The position numbers and the translations under genes were made by a program. A stretch of DNA of 64,000 nucleotides from an uncultured bacterium (GTDB lineage: Bacteria > Verrucomicrobiota > Kiritimatiellia > CAIVKH01). Position 1 is the first letter of the stretch. The number at the start of each line of letters is the position of its first letter. The notes under the pieces are model-generated. The model worked only from the letters and a program-made list of their open reading frames with translations, had not been told where the DNA came from and ran no database searches. Shown here piece by piece: positions 27,487 through 38,500 of the stretch. The stretch lies in assembly GCA_937958885.1 (NCBI GenBank), contig CALGMT010000024.1, forward strand, positions 41,061-105,060. The letters are read 5' to 3'.

Positions 27487-30429
27487 ATGTGCCGACTTCT
27501 CTTTCGCGCTTTCGCGCTATTCGGCGCGCTCGCTGCGACAAGCGCCCCCATGATGGCGAAGGCCGAGCGCCACTGGTTTATCGCGCCCGGCGGCAGCGAT
27601 AGCGGCAACGAGTGTCAGGACTCGAACGCTCCGTGCGCGACCATCGCCTATGCGCTGACGCGCATTGCCACGAATGCGGCGCTGGCGGGCGATACGCTTC
27701 ACCTCGCGCCGGGCGTGTACACGGAATCTGGACTGGTCCTGTCGCGCGATATTGCGATTTCGGGGGCGGGACCGGGGCAGTCGATTGTTCAGGCCGCGAG
27801 CGACGCCGCGTTTGCGACGGACCGCGTGTTCACGATCGAGTTCACCTCCATGGTTCGGATCGACGGCATCACGATTCGCAACGGGCGCGCGCCGGACGGC
27901 GCGGACACGATGGACATCGGCAACGCGGGCGGCAACGGCGGCGGCGTGCTTAATAATGGAATCCTCGAACTGGCGAATGTGCATATCGTCAGCAACTGGG
28001 CGGGGCGCGGCGGCGCGGGTCAGACCGGAGGTCGCGGCGGATTTGGCGGTGGGATTTTCACCGACGGATCCCTCGTCGCAAGCAACGTCATTGTCGCATA
28101 CAATCGATCCGGCAACGGCGGCGGGGGCTTGGATTACGGCGGGCGGTCGGGCGCGGGATGGGGCGTGCACAATTCCGGATTCTCCGATATTCGCTTTTCG
28201 ACGATCCACCACAATAGCGGTGGGAATGGAGGTAACGGCGGAATTGACGGCGGCGACGCTGGTCCGGGAGGAATATGGAACTCGGGTACGCTGATATTGT
28301 TCAGTTCTACTGTGCACGGCCAAGTCGGCGGCGCCGAAGGTATCGGCACCAATGGTGTTCAGGGATTGCCCGCATTTGGCGGCGGTCTTTGGGCGGAGTC
28401 GACATCCACCAACAGAATCCTCCACACCACCATCGCGGACAATGTTACGGTCTATGCCGACGCGATGTTTAGCGACGGCGCGCGCGTTGAGGTCGATCAT
28501 GCTGTGATTGAGGGCGCGGTCGCCGGTGATCTTCATATCTCAGGCCGCTCGTTGGTTGAAGACAGCAATGATGCGATCCTTACGGGCGATCTCGGCGCAC
28601 TGATCACCGGCGTTGATCCGCTCCTCGGCGAATTCGATTTCTTTGGCGGTCCCACGCCTTTGCGCCGCCTCAAAGCATCGAGTCCAGCTGTCAATGCCGG
28701 CGATCCCGCTATTTTGAATCCACCGAGCATCGACCAGCGAGGTGCACCCAGGATTCAGGGCGGGCGAATTGACCTCGGCGCCTATGAAGTACAATCTGGG
28801 GTATCCTATGTCGGGCAAGGCGGAACGGATGGTACAAACGAGTGCCGCCATGAAAACGCGCCCTGCGCGACAATCCGCCATGCGGTGTTGCAAGCGCTGC
28901 CTGGCGACGAAATTGCCATTTTACCTGGTGTTGTCGCGGACGAAAATGTCGCGCTAGATCGACCGCTGCTCATTCGAGGCGCGGGCATCGGAACGTCGAT
29001 CTGGCAGGCCGCCAGCGATCGACTCCTTGTTGTCCCGCTCGGCGTGACGGGTACTGTGCGTGATCTCACGCTGCGCGGCGGGCGCGCGCTTGACGGCGTG
29101 GATGCTGAAGACGGCGCATGGGGCGGCGCCGTGTATAACGAAGGCGCATTGAGAATTGAACGCTGCGCATTCGAGGACCACGCTGCGGGCGCGGGCGGCC
29201 CGCTCGGCGGGTTTGGAGGGCGCGGCGGCGCGATTTACAACAATGGCATGCTCGACGTGATGGCTTCCCGCTTCGTCAGCAACCGCGCTGGAAACGCGGG
29301 AGCCGATGCAGAAGGCGGCCCCGGCGGCGCGATCTACAACGATTCGACGCTTCACATTCGTGATAGCGCGTTTCTCGACAACGCCGCGGGCGACGGCGCT
29401 GCGTTGCAAGCCGGCGGTTCCGGCGGCGCGATTTATAATGCAGGACTGATGACCATTATCGGTTCGACCCTCGCCGGAAATCGGACAGGATCGGGCGACC
29501 CCGGCGGGTTCGGCGGCGCGATCTACAATGAGGACACGCTCGGCGCGACGAATATCACCGTCAGCGGGAACCGCGCCGAGAGCGGCGGGCGCGGCGGCGG
29601 GATTGCGAATCCGGGATTCCTCACCCTGCGCCACTCGACCATCGCATCGAATCATGCGGCAGAGGCCGGCGGCATCGATGCGGCCGGGCCATCAACTGTC
29701 TTGGGACATGTGCTGCTGGCGGTGAACAGCGCCGATCTCGACGGGCCCGACGGAATAGGCATCATCGACTCGCGCGGATGGAACCTCATTGGCAACTCGA
29801 GCAATCTGAACCTCACGAATGTGCTCACCGGCAATCAACTCGACGCGGACGCCGCGCTTGAGCCGCTCGCGGACAACGGCGGGCCGACGTGGACGCACGC
29901 GCTGGGTCCGGCGAGCGCCGCGCGCGACGCAGGCGATCCGTCCTTCGCGCCGCCGCCCGCCGCGGACCAGCGCGGTTTTCCAAGACTGATGGCGCCCCGG
30001 ATCGATATCGGCGCTTTCGAAGCGCCTTTGCTCGACAGCGACGGCGACGGCCTGCCGGATTATTGGGAGTTGCAATACGGATTGGACCCGTTCGATCCCG
30101 GCATAACGAACATCCACTCCGGCGCGTCGGGCGATTCGGATGGCGACTTCGCCTCGAATTTGGACGAATACATCGCGGGCACGTCGCCGATTGATGCCCA
30201 ATCGGTATTTCGCGTGACCGCGATCGGCGTTGCCTCTGCTGTGCAGGTCGCGTTCAACTCCGTCACGGGACGTTTGTACTCGTTGCAATACGCCGCGCCC
30301 GCGGTGGAGATGGTCTGGTCGAACGTCACCGGCCAGATCGACGTGCCCGGCGTCGGCGTCTCCACAGTCCTCGTCCACGCGACCGACGCGCCGATGAGCG
30401 CTTATCGGTTGAGCGTGCGAATCCCGTGA
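27487..30429 (+). CDS. secreted right-handed beta-helix protein with Pmp-type (GGAI / FxxN) repeats in two tandem modules, TSP3 repeats and the shared C-terminal module
   Basis: Signal peptide MCRLLFRAFALFGALAATSAPMMAKA. Repeated GGAIYN...F[VL]xN units. Two copies of NAPCATI...DQRG[AF]PR...D[LI]GA[YF]E. DSDGDGLPDYWE. Tail ...AYRLSVRIP-stop. Confidence 0.85.
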   Translation: MCRLLFRAFALFGALAATSAPMMAKAERHWFIAPGGSDSGNECQDSNAPCATIAYALTRIATNAALAGDTLHLAPGVYTESGLVLSRDIAISGAGPGQSIVQAASDAAFATDRVFTIEFTSMVRIDGITIRNGRAPDGADTMDIGNAGGNGGGVLNNGILELANVHIVSNWAGRGGAGQTGGRGGFGGGIFTDGSLVASNVIVAYNRSGNGGGGLDYGGRSGAGWGVHNSGFSDIRFSTIHHNSGGNGGNGGIDGGDAGPGGIWNSGTLILFSSTVHGQVGGAEGIGTNGVQGLPAFGGGLWAESTSTNRILHTTIADNVTVYADAMFSDGARVEVDHAVIEGAVAGDLHISGRSLVEDSNDAILTGDLGALITGVDPLLGEFDFFGGPTPLRRLKASSPAVNAGDPAILNPPSIDQRGAPRIQGGRIDLGAYEVQSGVSYVGQGGTDGTNECRHENAPCATIRHAVLQALPGDEIAILPGVVADENVALDRPLLIRGAGIGTSIWQAASDRLLVVPLGVTGTVRDLTLRGGRALDGVDAEDGAWGGAVYNEGALRIERCAFEDHAAGAGGPLGGFGGRGGAIYNNGMLDVMASRFVSNRAGNAGADAEGGPGGAIYNDSTLHIRDSAFLDNAAGDGAALQAGGSGGAIYNAGLMTIIGSTLAGNRTGSGDPGGFGGAIYNEDTLGATNITVSGNRAESGGRGGGIANPGFLTLRHSTIASNHAAEAGGIDAAGPSTVLGHVLLAVNSADLDGPDGIGIIDSRGWNLIGNSSNLNLTNVLTGNQLDADAALEPLADNGGPTWTHALGPASAARDAGDPSFAPPPAADQRGFPRLMAPRIDIGAFEAPLLDSDGDGLPDYWELQYGLDPFDPGITNIHSGASGDSDGDFASNLDEYIAGTSPIDAQSVFRVTAIGVASAVQVAFNSVTGRLYSLQYAAPAVEMVWSNVTGQIDVPGVGVSTVLVHATDAPMSAYRLSVRIP

Positions 30430-30512
30430 ATGGGATCGCGCTGTGCTGCGGCGAAATTCGATGATTGGGATTTGGCGGGATTTGCACTACGTTCGCGCGT
30501 CGCTTACGTGTC

Positions 30513-32516
30513 ATGATCGCGCCGCGCACACCTGAAGACGAGTGGACCGGAAAACTCCGGGATCAAGTGGATGCTTTTTTCCGTCCGGGCGGGGGGATGG
30601 AACAGGCCGGCGCGCGCGAGGGCTTCCCGTTCGAGGCGCGGCCTCAACAGCGGGCGATGGCGCTGGCCGTGGCCGACGCGATCGAGCGGGGCCGCCATCT
30701 CGCGGTCGAGGCGGGGACGGGCGTCGGCAAGAGTTTCGCCTATCTCGTCCCGCTCATCCTCGCGGCGAAGCTAAAAAATGTGCAGGTGGTCGTTTCGACC
30801 TACACGATTGGGCTGCAGGAGCAACTGATTCAGAAGGATATCCCATTTCTTCAGCGGCACCTCGGCGTGGAGTTCAAAGCAGTGCTTGTGAAAGGGCGGG
30901 GGAACTATTTGTGCCTGCGCCGCCTCGCTCGCGCAGAACGTATGGGCGGCGACTTGCTGCGGATCGACCACGAGGCGGAACTCGCGCGCATCCGCGCGTG
31001 GAGCGCGCGCGCGGTCGAGGGCACGCTTCAGGAACTCCCCGAGCATCCGCATCCGGAGGTGTGGAACGCGGTCAATGTCGAGCACGGCAACTGTATGGGG
31101 CACAAGTGCCCCGAATATGCGCCGTGCTTTCTCTTCAAGGCGCGCCGCGAAATCACGGGCGCGGATCTGCTCATCGTGAACCATCACTTGTTTTTCTCCG
31201 ACCTCGCGCTCCGCCGCGAAAAGGCGGGCATCCTGCCGGAGTGCATGATCGCGGTGATGGACGAGGCGCACATGATGGAGCAGGTCGCCGGCGACCACCT
31301 CGGCCTGCGGCTGTCCCAATACCAGTTCGAGCACTGGCTGCGCCGCATTTATTTGCCGGACACCGGAAAGGGGCTGCTGGCTGTGTTGCGAAAGGGAGAG
31401 GCCGCCAACGCTGCGGTGCAGGTCTATGAGGAGGTCGCCCGCTTTTTTAGCGCGGTGCGCGAGTGGGCGGGTCTGAGCGGAGAACGCCGCCAGCGCGTCG
31501 CAACGGACCCCATTCCGGTGGAGACCGATCTGCCCGAGCGCATCAAGCGGCTCAACGGATTTTTGCGCCTGATTCACGACGAGCAGAAGGATCTCGATGT
31601 GCGCGCCGAACTGGCGGCCGCCCGGCGGCGCGGCGATGAGCACCTGCTCTCGCTCGACGCCTTTTTGCGCCAGACGATTGGCGACAGCGTCTATTGGATC
31701 GCGCTCGAAGGCGCGCGCCGACCGCAGACTGTGCTCTATTCCGCGCCGATCGAGGTCGCGCCCCTGTTGGAGGAGCATCTGTTCGCGCAGCTCGATTCGG
31801 TCATCATGACCAGCGCGACCTTGGCGGTCGAGGGGCGGCTGGACTATTTCGTGAATCGCGTCGGCGCGCGCGAGTGCGATCTGGAGCAGGTCGGCTCGCC
31901 GTTCGACTACGCGCGTCAGATGCGGATTCTGATTCCCAACGGCATGCCCGACCCGAATCGCACCGAGGAGTTTACCGATGCCGCCACGCATGCGATTCGG
32001 CATTTCGTGCAGCGAACAAAAGGCCGCGCATTCGTGTTGTTCACCGCCGACCGCCTCATGCGCGCGGTGGCGGATCGCGTGCGCGGCGCGTTCGCGAAAG
32101 CCGGGCTGGAGTTGCTGGTGCAGGGCGAGGGCCTGCCGCGCACGCAGATGCTCGATCGCTTCCGCAACAGCGCGGGCGCCGTCTTGTTCGGGTTGGACAG
32201 CTTCTGGATGGGCGTCGATGTGCGGGGCGAGGCGTTGAGTAATGTGATCATCACGAAGCTGCCGTTTGCTGTGCCGGATGAACCGGTCGTGAAGGCGCGG
32301 ATGGATCGGATCGCGGAGCGCGGCGGAGACCCGTTTCGCGAGTACAGCCTGCCCGAGGCGATTCTAAAATTCCGGCAGGGCGTCGGACGTCTCATTCGCT
32401 CGCAAACGGACGAGGGGATCGTCGTGATCCTCGACCCGCGTATCAAGAGCAAGTGGTACGGACGCCAATTTCTTGATTCCCTTCCCGAGTGTCCGATCGA
32501 GCGGGTCGATATTTGA
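30513..32516 (+). CDS. dinG: ATP-dependent DNA helicase, DinG/XPD (Rad3) family with Fe-S cluster cysteines
   Basis: Walker A VEAGTGVGKSFAYL and DEAH box VMDEAHMM. Four Cys (CLRR..GNC..HKC..APC) between motifs I and II. The track start at 30465 is the alternative. Confidence 0.85.
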   Translation: MIAPRTPEDEWTGKLRDQVDAFFRPGGGMEQAGAREGFPFEARPQQRAMALAVADAIERGRHLAVEAGTGVGKSFAYLVPLILAAKLKNVQVVVSTYTIGLQEQLIQKDIPFLQRHLGVEFKAVLVKGRGNYLCLRRLARAERMGGDLLRIDHEAELARIRAWSARAVEGTLQELPEHPHPEVWNAVNVEHGNCMGHKCPEYAPCFLFKARREITGADLLIVNHHLFFSDLALRREKAGILPECMIAVMDEAHMMEQVAGDHLGLRLSQYQFEHWLRRIYLPDTGKGLLAVLRKGEAANAAVQVYEEVARFFSAVREWAGLSGERRQRVATDPIPVETDLPERIKRLNGFLRLIHDEQKDLDVRAELAAARRRGDEHLLSLDAFLRQTIGDSVYWIALEGARRPQTVLYSAPIEVAPLLEEHLFAQLDSVIMTSATLAVEGRLDYFVNRVGARECDLEQVGSPFDYARQMRILIPNGMPDPNRTEEFTDAATHAIRHFVQRTKGRAFVLFTADRLMRAVADRVRGAFAKAGLELLVQGEGLPRTQMLDRFRNSAGAVLFGLDSFWMGVDVRGEALSNVIITKLPFAVPDEPVVKARMDRIAERGGDPFREYSLPEAILKFRQGVGRLIRSQTDEGIVVILDPRIKSKWYGRQFLDSLPECPIERVDI

Positions 32517-32520
32517 CGGG

Positions 32521-32640
32521 CTGAACCTACCCCGCCCTTCGGGCACCCCTCCGGAGGAGGGGACCGGCGTTTTGGCCGCGGCATCTATCATCGACAATCC
32601 GCTCCTGGGAGGGGTCCGCGCAGCGGGGGGATCAAACCTC
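32521..32640 (-). repeat. REP-like GC-rich hairpin element (locus b, inverted orientation)
   Basis: The reverse complement of 32521-32566 is gtcccctcctccggaggggtgcccgaagggcggggtaggttcag. This is ~85% identical to 6413-6456. A second ctcctgggagggg hairpin arm lies at 32600-32613. Confidence 0.6.
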
Positions 32641-32764
32641 TTTTTTCTGAACGAATGATAGGATTCGCCTCGATAGCCCGGTTGGGCAACAGATCCCAGA
32701 AGATTGTCGCGATTTGTTGCGCCCTTAACTCGACCGGATCCTTACGGGAGGGTATAATCTGCCA

Positions 32765-34969
32765 ATGCGCGAGCGTGTTGTCCTCATGCTGTCGATTCTT
32801 GTGCTGTGCCCATCAGGCGCGGGGGCTTCGATGATCACGAATGAGGCCCAGTACACGCATAATTTCGAGGTGCAGTCGCTGGATTGGTCGCCAACGAACA
32901 ACTTGCTGGCTGTCGGTTCGCTGTCGGGCGTGGGGCACAGCGAATATCGGACGCTGCGCTTCCAGCCGCCCGGCACGCTCACCGTCGCGAGCACACAGCG
33001 GTACGGCGTCGCGGTCAACACGGTCCGGTTTCATCCGACCTCCAACCTTGTGGCGATCGGGACCGCGCCGAACGCGAGCACGGGCGAGGTGCGCTTCCTC
33101 GCGTTGAATCCGACGAATGGGTCGATCCTGCACTCCAACCGTTCGATCGAAGTCGGCGCGCACGTCAAGGCCGTCGATTGGCGCATCCTCGGCGCGTCGA
33201 ATTATCTCGCGGTTGCCATCAGCAACGGGACTCATGAGGCGGCGGTGTATTCCTATGCCCAAACGGCGCAGGTGCTGCATGCGACGTACAATTTTCCCTC
33301 TTCGATGGATGCGCCGTATCGCGATGCGATGCGCTGGCGGCCGGGATCGACCCAGCTCTTGTTCGGCAGCCACAGCCCGGCTTTGAACGATCTGACCATC
33401 CTTGGCTTTTCCGGAGCGGCGCTTGCGCCGACGTGGACGCTGGGTTTCTCGCCGGAGCAGGCGCGCGCGATCGCGTGGCGGCCCGACGGCACGGTCTTCG
33501 CAGCGGGGCTTTTCAACATCGGGGCTACAAACGAGCAGAACTTTCGCATCTACACGGCGGGCGTGGGAAATGCCTTCGGCGAAGTCACGAATGCGCGCAT
33601 CGGCGAATTCAAGCGGGTCAACGCGATCGACTGGTCGCCGTCGGGCGACTGGATCGCGTACGCGCGCGCCGAGACGAACGCGAATATTCGCATATTCCGT
33701 TACGATTCGACGAATCGAACCCTGCAGTTGCTGGAAGAGTGGCTGCACATCGCGCCGGCTGTCGAAATCAACTCCGTGCGCTGGTCGCGAGACAGTCGTT
33801 ATTTGGCTGTCGGAGCGAACGCGAACCCGCATGTCGCCATCTATCGCGTGCGCCAGGCGGACCTTGGCATTGTGAAGACCGGCTTCCCGATGGTCGCGAC
33901 GCCGGGATCGAACCTAACGTACTGGCTGCGGATCACGAACAGCGGGCCAGACACCGCCCTTGCTGTTTCGATGATCGATACGCTTCCGACCAATGTGACG
34001 CCGCTGGCGGTGACATCACCCGTGTTTTCGTGCGTCACCAGCGGGCGCGTTGTGGAGTGTTCGGCTGCTGATTTGCCCGCGTTCACGTCAACGTGGATTT
34101 CCATTCTGGTACAGGCGCATAACCCGCTGGCGGCGGCTATTACGAACCGAGCTGCGATCGGGGCGCTGACCCCCGATCCGAACGCCACGAACAACATCGC
34201 TGTCCTCGTGTTGAAGCGGGATGGCGACGGCGATGGGATCGCGGACGACATCGACAACTGTCCCTTCACCCATAATCCGAGCCAGTTGGATTCGGACAGC
34301 GACGGTATTGGGGACGCGTGCGATAACTGTCCGTTTAATGCAAATCCGGCTCAGACCGACTCGGATGGGGATGGGTGGGGCGATGCGTGCGACACGTGTC
34401 CCGGCTTTTTCAATTTCACCAATTTCGATGCGGACGGCGACGGCGTTGGGGATGAGTGCGACAACTGTCCGGCAGTCTTCAATCCGAGCCAGTTGGATTC
34501 GGACAGCGATGGCATTGGCGACGCGTGCGACAGTTGCCCGTTCCATTTCAATACCGGTATGGATTATGACGGAGATGGAATCGATGATGCCTGTGATGAA
34601 GACCTCGACGGCGACGGGATGCCGAACTGGTGGGAAGACCTGCACGGATTCGACAAATATAATCCTGTGGATGCGCTGAATGACGCCGATGGCGACAGCT
34701 TCCTTAATTGGGAGGAGTATGTGTATGGGACAGATGCAACGAACGCGGCGTCCTATTTCCGCTACGAATCGATGTCGTCCGCTCCGCCTGCGTTGACGTT
34801 CGTTTCCGCGACGGGGCGCTGGTATGACATTCTCGTGAGCACGGATTTGATCGCCGGCGGATGGACCCATTGGCGAACCAACCAGCCGGGCAGCAACGCG
34901 ACGTTGACCATCACGGACACCAACGGACTCCCCATGCGCCACTACCGCATCCGCGTCCATGCGCCGTAG
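32765..34969 (+). CDS. secreted protein: 7-bladed WD40-like propeller + DUF11-type repeat + Cys-containing TSP3 repeats + shared C-terminal module
   Basis: Signal peptide present. Seven W[SR]P-type blades ([14 protein letters not shown] ... [14 protein letters not shown]). DLGIVKTG...[15 protein letters not shown] (DUF11 / conserved repeat domain). DNCPFxxNPxQxDSDxDGxGDACD repeated about five times. Tail ...HYRIRVHAP-stop. Confidence 0.85.
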   Translation: MRERVVLMLSILVLCPSGAGASMITNEAQYTHNFEVQSLDWSPTNNLLAVGSLSGVGHSEYRTLRFQPPGTLTVASTQRYGVAVNTVRFHPTSNLVAIGTAPNASTGEVRFLALNPTNGSILHSNRSIEVGAHVKAVDWRILGASNYLAVAISNGTHEAAVYSYAQTAQVLHATYNFPSSMDAPYRDAMRWRPGSTQLLFGSHSPALNDLTILGFSGAALAPTWTLGFSPEQARAIAWRPDGTVFAAGLFNIGATNEQNFRIYTAGVGNAFGEVTNARIGEFKRVNAIDWSPSGDWIAYARAETNANIRIFRYDSTNRTLQLLEEWLHIAPAVEINSVRWSRDSRYLAVGANANPHVAIYRVRQADLGIVKTGFPMVATPGSNLTYWLRITNSGPDTALAVSMIDTLPTNVTPLAVTSPVFSCVTSGRVVECSAADLPAFTSTWISILVQAHNPLAAAITNRAAIGALTPDPNATNNIAVLVLKRDGDGDGIADDIDNCPFTHNPSQLDSDSDGIGDACDNCPFNANPAQTDSDGDGWGDACDTCPGFFNFTNFDADGDGVGDECDNCPAVFNPSQLDSDSDGIGDACDSCPFHFNTGMDYDGDGIDDACDEDLDGDGMPNWWEDLHGFDKYNPVDALNDADGDSFLNWEEYVYGTDATNAASYFRYESMSSAPPALTFVSATGRWYDILVSTDLIAGGWTHWRTNQPGSNATLTITDTNGLPMRHYRIRVHAP

Positions 34970-35084
34970 CCGTCTCGGACCGAGGATGGGCATCCCCGTT
35001 GCCGATAGTCGCCGATATCTTTAATTTCTGAATTGCACTGGGGTATGTTCTCCGCCTATACCAAGAGCCTCGCGTTTCGCCGTT

Positions 35085-35498
35085 ATGATGAAATTCTCTA
35101 TCTTCCTTCTGGCGGGCCTGTTTGCATCTGTACTCGTATTCGCCGCTGTCGGCGATTCGCCGCCGCCGTCCGCGGCGATGTTGCGCAGCGAACTGACTAA
35201 AATCCGCGCAGAAATCGAATCCGCCCAGAAGGGCGTCGACGACGCGATGAAGCGCCTGCACGAGCGGCAGCGCCGCATCGAGTACGAGGACCCGGAGATC
35301 GTCGCCGTCCGCGAGGAATTGCTCGAACTGGAGCGGCAGGTGTTGCGCAAACGCGAGGAACTCAACGCGAAGCTCGCGCTCGTGCCCGAGATCAAGCGGA
35401 TTGAAGAGGAACGGCGCGACTACTTTCATCGATTGCGGCAATTGCGGGAAACGGAAGCGGCCATTCAGCGCGAATTGGCCGCGCGTGAACGTGAATAA
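35085..35498 (+). CDS. small secreted coiled-coil protein, hypothetical (Skp/OmpH-like in size and composition only)
   Basis: 137 aa. Signal peptide MMKFSIFLLAGLFASVLVFAAVG, followed by ~100 aa of charged heptad-like sequence. Ends 63 nt upstream of the giant gene with no terminator seen between them. Confidence 0.65.
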   Translation: MMKFSIFLLAGLFASVLVFAAVGDSPPPSAAMLRSELTKIRAEIESAQKGVDDAMKRLHERQRRIEYEDPEIVAVREELLELERQVLRKREELNAKLALVPEIKRIEEERRDYFHRLRQLRETEAAIQRELAARERE

Positions 35499-35561
35499 GG
35501 GCGGCGCCGGATGTCTCTGGTGCGATAGGGGCTTTTTATCCAAGGTAGGACGAGGTGTGAC

Positions 35562-38500
35562 GTGAAACGACTACGCAACATCGGGCTTATGCTGGCACTG
35601 GTCGCCGTCGCGGGCTTGTGGGCCGTGCGCACAATCGGAAGCGACGGACGCGAAGGCGAGGCGGCCTTTACCCTCTCGCGCGAGGGCGACCGCTACACCT
35701 TGAAGGCGAACAACGCCCGACTGGTCGATGTGCTCGCCGAATTGCGCCCGTTGGCCGGCCTCGAACTGGCCGCGGACCCCGCGCTCGACACCCGCATCAC
35801 CGCCGACCTTGCCGACGCAACGATAGAGCAAGTGCTCGCCGCCGTGAGCAGCAGCCGCGCGCTGGTCTATGAGCGCACGCGCGAGGACGACCTCCGTCTG
35901 ATCCATGCCCGATTGACCTCCGAGCAGGATCCCGTTGAGCCCGCCGCTGCGCCGGGCGAGGCGCCCGCGCGCACGTTCGCGGCGCGTCCTGCGCCGATCC
36001 CACAACGCCTGCTGACGAACACTCGCCGCACGCTGGACGAATTGCGCAAGGACGATGCCGGGGCGATTTTGTTCTCCGGCGCGATCCTCGACACCCGTGC
36101 GCTGGTGGAGGAGGGGCGGGGGCTCGATCTGCCCGACGCGTTTCGAGCGCCGGCGGACTCCGTCAACCAGATCGTGCAATTCGATCGGCCTGTTTCCACC
36201 GCGGATCGCGAGGCCATGGAAGCGCTCGGCATACGAGTGAATCACTATCTGCCGCACCGCGCGTATGCGGTGAGCGCGACGCCGGAACAGCTTGCCGCGC
36301 TGCAAAATCTGCCGGGCGTGTATATGACCGAGCCGTATCATCCCTATTTCAAAATGAGCGCCGCTGTGCGGGAACGGCTCGTTGGCGGCGGCTCGGCGGT
36401 TGATCCACAAGAAGTAGCGGCCTTCAAAATAATGACGTTCAGCGGCGCGGATGCGGAGGCGGATCTCGCCGCCCTTGGCCTGGAGGCGGTTCGCGCGGAG
36501 TCCGACGGGCGTCGTCAGGTCCTGACGGTGAACGCCAACGCGGATCAACTGACCCGTCTGCTGAAGGCCGACAGTGTGCAGTGGATCGAGCCCTACATAC
36601 CCGCCGCGGTGATGAACGATCTGGGCAACAAGCGCATGCGCGTGCCGAGCCTGCGCCAACTGCATCCGACGTTGCGCGGCGACGGCATGACCATCGCCGT
36701 GACGGATTCCGGCGTGGACTTCAAGCATCAGGGCTTCAGCGTTGTACAGGGATCCCCGACGTCGACGAATCTCAATACGCGCATCCACTATTACGAATTT
36801 CGCGAAGGTCCTTTCACGGAAGGCCTCCCGGGCGATGTAGATGGCCACGGCACGCATGTGGCTGCGACGATACTCGGCAACGGCGCGCTTTCGCAGACCG
36901 CGAATGCGGTGCCGGGCTCGGACGGACCTCCCTTCGGCACCAATCAATTTGCCGGCGTCGCGCCGCGGGCGCGGCTGGTGATGCTCGAAGATTTTAACAG
37001 TATTCCGCAGGACGAACAGGCCCGGATCAGCCATCAGCAGGGCGCGCGTATTTCGAACAACAGTTGGGGGTATCCTGCCTTTTTCGAATACGGCGCGGAC
37101 AGCGCCCTGTGGGACGCGCTCGTGCGCGATGCGGACTCGACCGCGCCGGGCAACCAGGAATTAATCACCTTTTTCGCGGCCGGCAACTCGGGCGAGGGCG
37201 ATCCGGACGGCACCGGCGGCCAGCCAGGCACGGTCTCGATGCCCGGCAACGCGAAGAACGTCATTACGATGGGTGCGCTCGAACAGCCCCGCTATGCCAA
37301 CAACATCATGGGCGTGTTTTTTGGTGGACAGCAGTATTTTTCGGATTTGGAGTCGGATTCCGACTGGCAAGTCGCCAGCTTCAGCGCGCGCGGTCCTGTG
37401 TCGGGCACTGATTTGCGCGTGAAGCCCGATCTGGTGGCGCCCGGCGCTTTCGTCATTTCCGCGCAGTCGCACGAGACCTCGCCGGACGATTTCACGGTCG
37501 ATTTCAGCCGCACGGACTACCGGTTCGGCAATGTGGATACCGGCACAAATTACGCTTTTTTGAGCGGCACCTCGATGGCGACTCCGCTCGGCGCGGGCGC
37601 GGCGGCGCTGATTTACCAGCACCTCACCAACACGCTGGGCAACCCGCCGAGCGCTGCGCTCATGAAGGCGATTCTCGTGGCCGGCGCCCGCACGGTCAAT
37701 TCGTTGATCTACCGCCGCCCGATCTGGAGCGAGAATCTCGACTTGGTGGATGACGGATGGGGGTTGATCGACGTCGCCCGCTCGGTGGCCGGTCCGCGCA
37801 TTCGATCGAGCGATACCGTGCTGCTGTTCGATCAGGCGCAGACGCAGCCCCTGCAAACGGGCGAAACGTATTCGCAGCAGATATCGATGGGCGCCAACGA
37901 AGGCGGTCTGCGCATCGTGCTGGCCTACACCGACAAACCCGGCACGCCGGGCGCGGGAATTCAGCTCGTCAACAATCTCGATCTCATCGTCTTCGGACCG
38001 AACGGGGCGATCTATCGCGGCAATCAATTCGCGTCGGACGGCGTGCACGCTTACCGCTTCTCGGCGTCTGATCCGGTGTTGTACGACCAGTACAACAATG
38101 TCGAAGTGGTGACGATTCCGGCGGGCGGCGCCGGCACCTATACGATCCGCGTGTTTGGCCGCCAGGTCGCCGACGGGCCGCAGGACTATGCCCTCGTCAT
38201 CCAGAAAGGGATCGGCTATCAGGGCCGCACGCCGGGCAACTTCCCCTCCATTGCGCTGGATACGAACGGGCTGCCGGTCATCGCGTATTCCTTCGATCCT
38301 TCCCAACAGGATGACGCCACATCCAACCTGACGCGCCAGATTCATGTTCGCCGGTGGGCGGGACCGTACGGCGATGCGGCCGAGCTCGGCCAATGGAAGC
38401 GCCTGGAAGACCAGTGGTACGGCATTCGCGATTCGCTCGATTTCGGCGGTATCAGCAAGACGCTTGAAAATTCCGAATACCCATCCGTCGCCGTGCGGGG

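Noticed and set aside
27487-30429. The Pmp-like protein was considered as a classical type V autotransporter.
   Set aside because: It has no C-terminal beta-barrel translocator. The C-terminus is TSP3 repeats plus a ~70-aa module, and the protein does not end in an aromatic residue.
30465-32516. The DinG-family helicase wedged between giant surface-protein genes was considered as part of a defence system or a type IV CRISPR-like module.
   Set aside because: No cas, nuclease or other defence-associated partner is adjacent. It has the standard Fe-S DinG/XPD layout and is most simply a housekeeping repair helicase.
32730-32767. A perfect TATAAT at 32753-32758, only 6 nt before ATG 32765, suggested a leaderless mRNA. 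A similar TATACT at 16394-16399 lies before cysS.
   Set aside because: The -35 region is weak (tcgacc). GGGAGG at 32746-32751 can serve as an ordinary SD for the same ATG. The two readings cannot be separated without 5'-end data.
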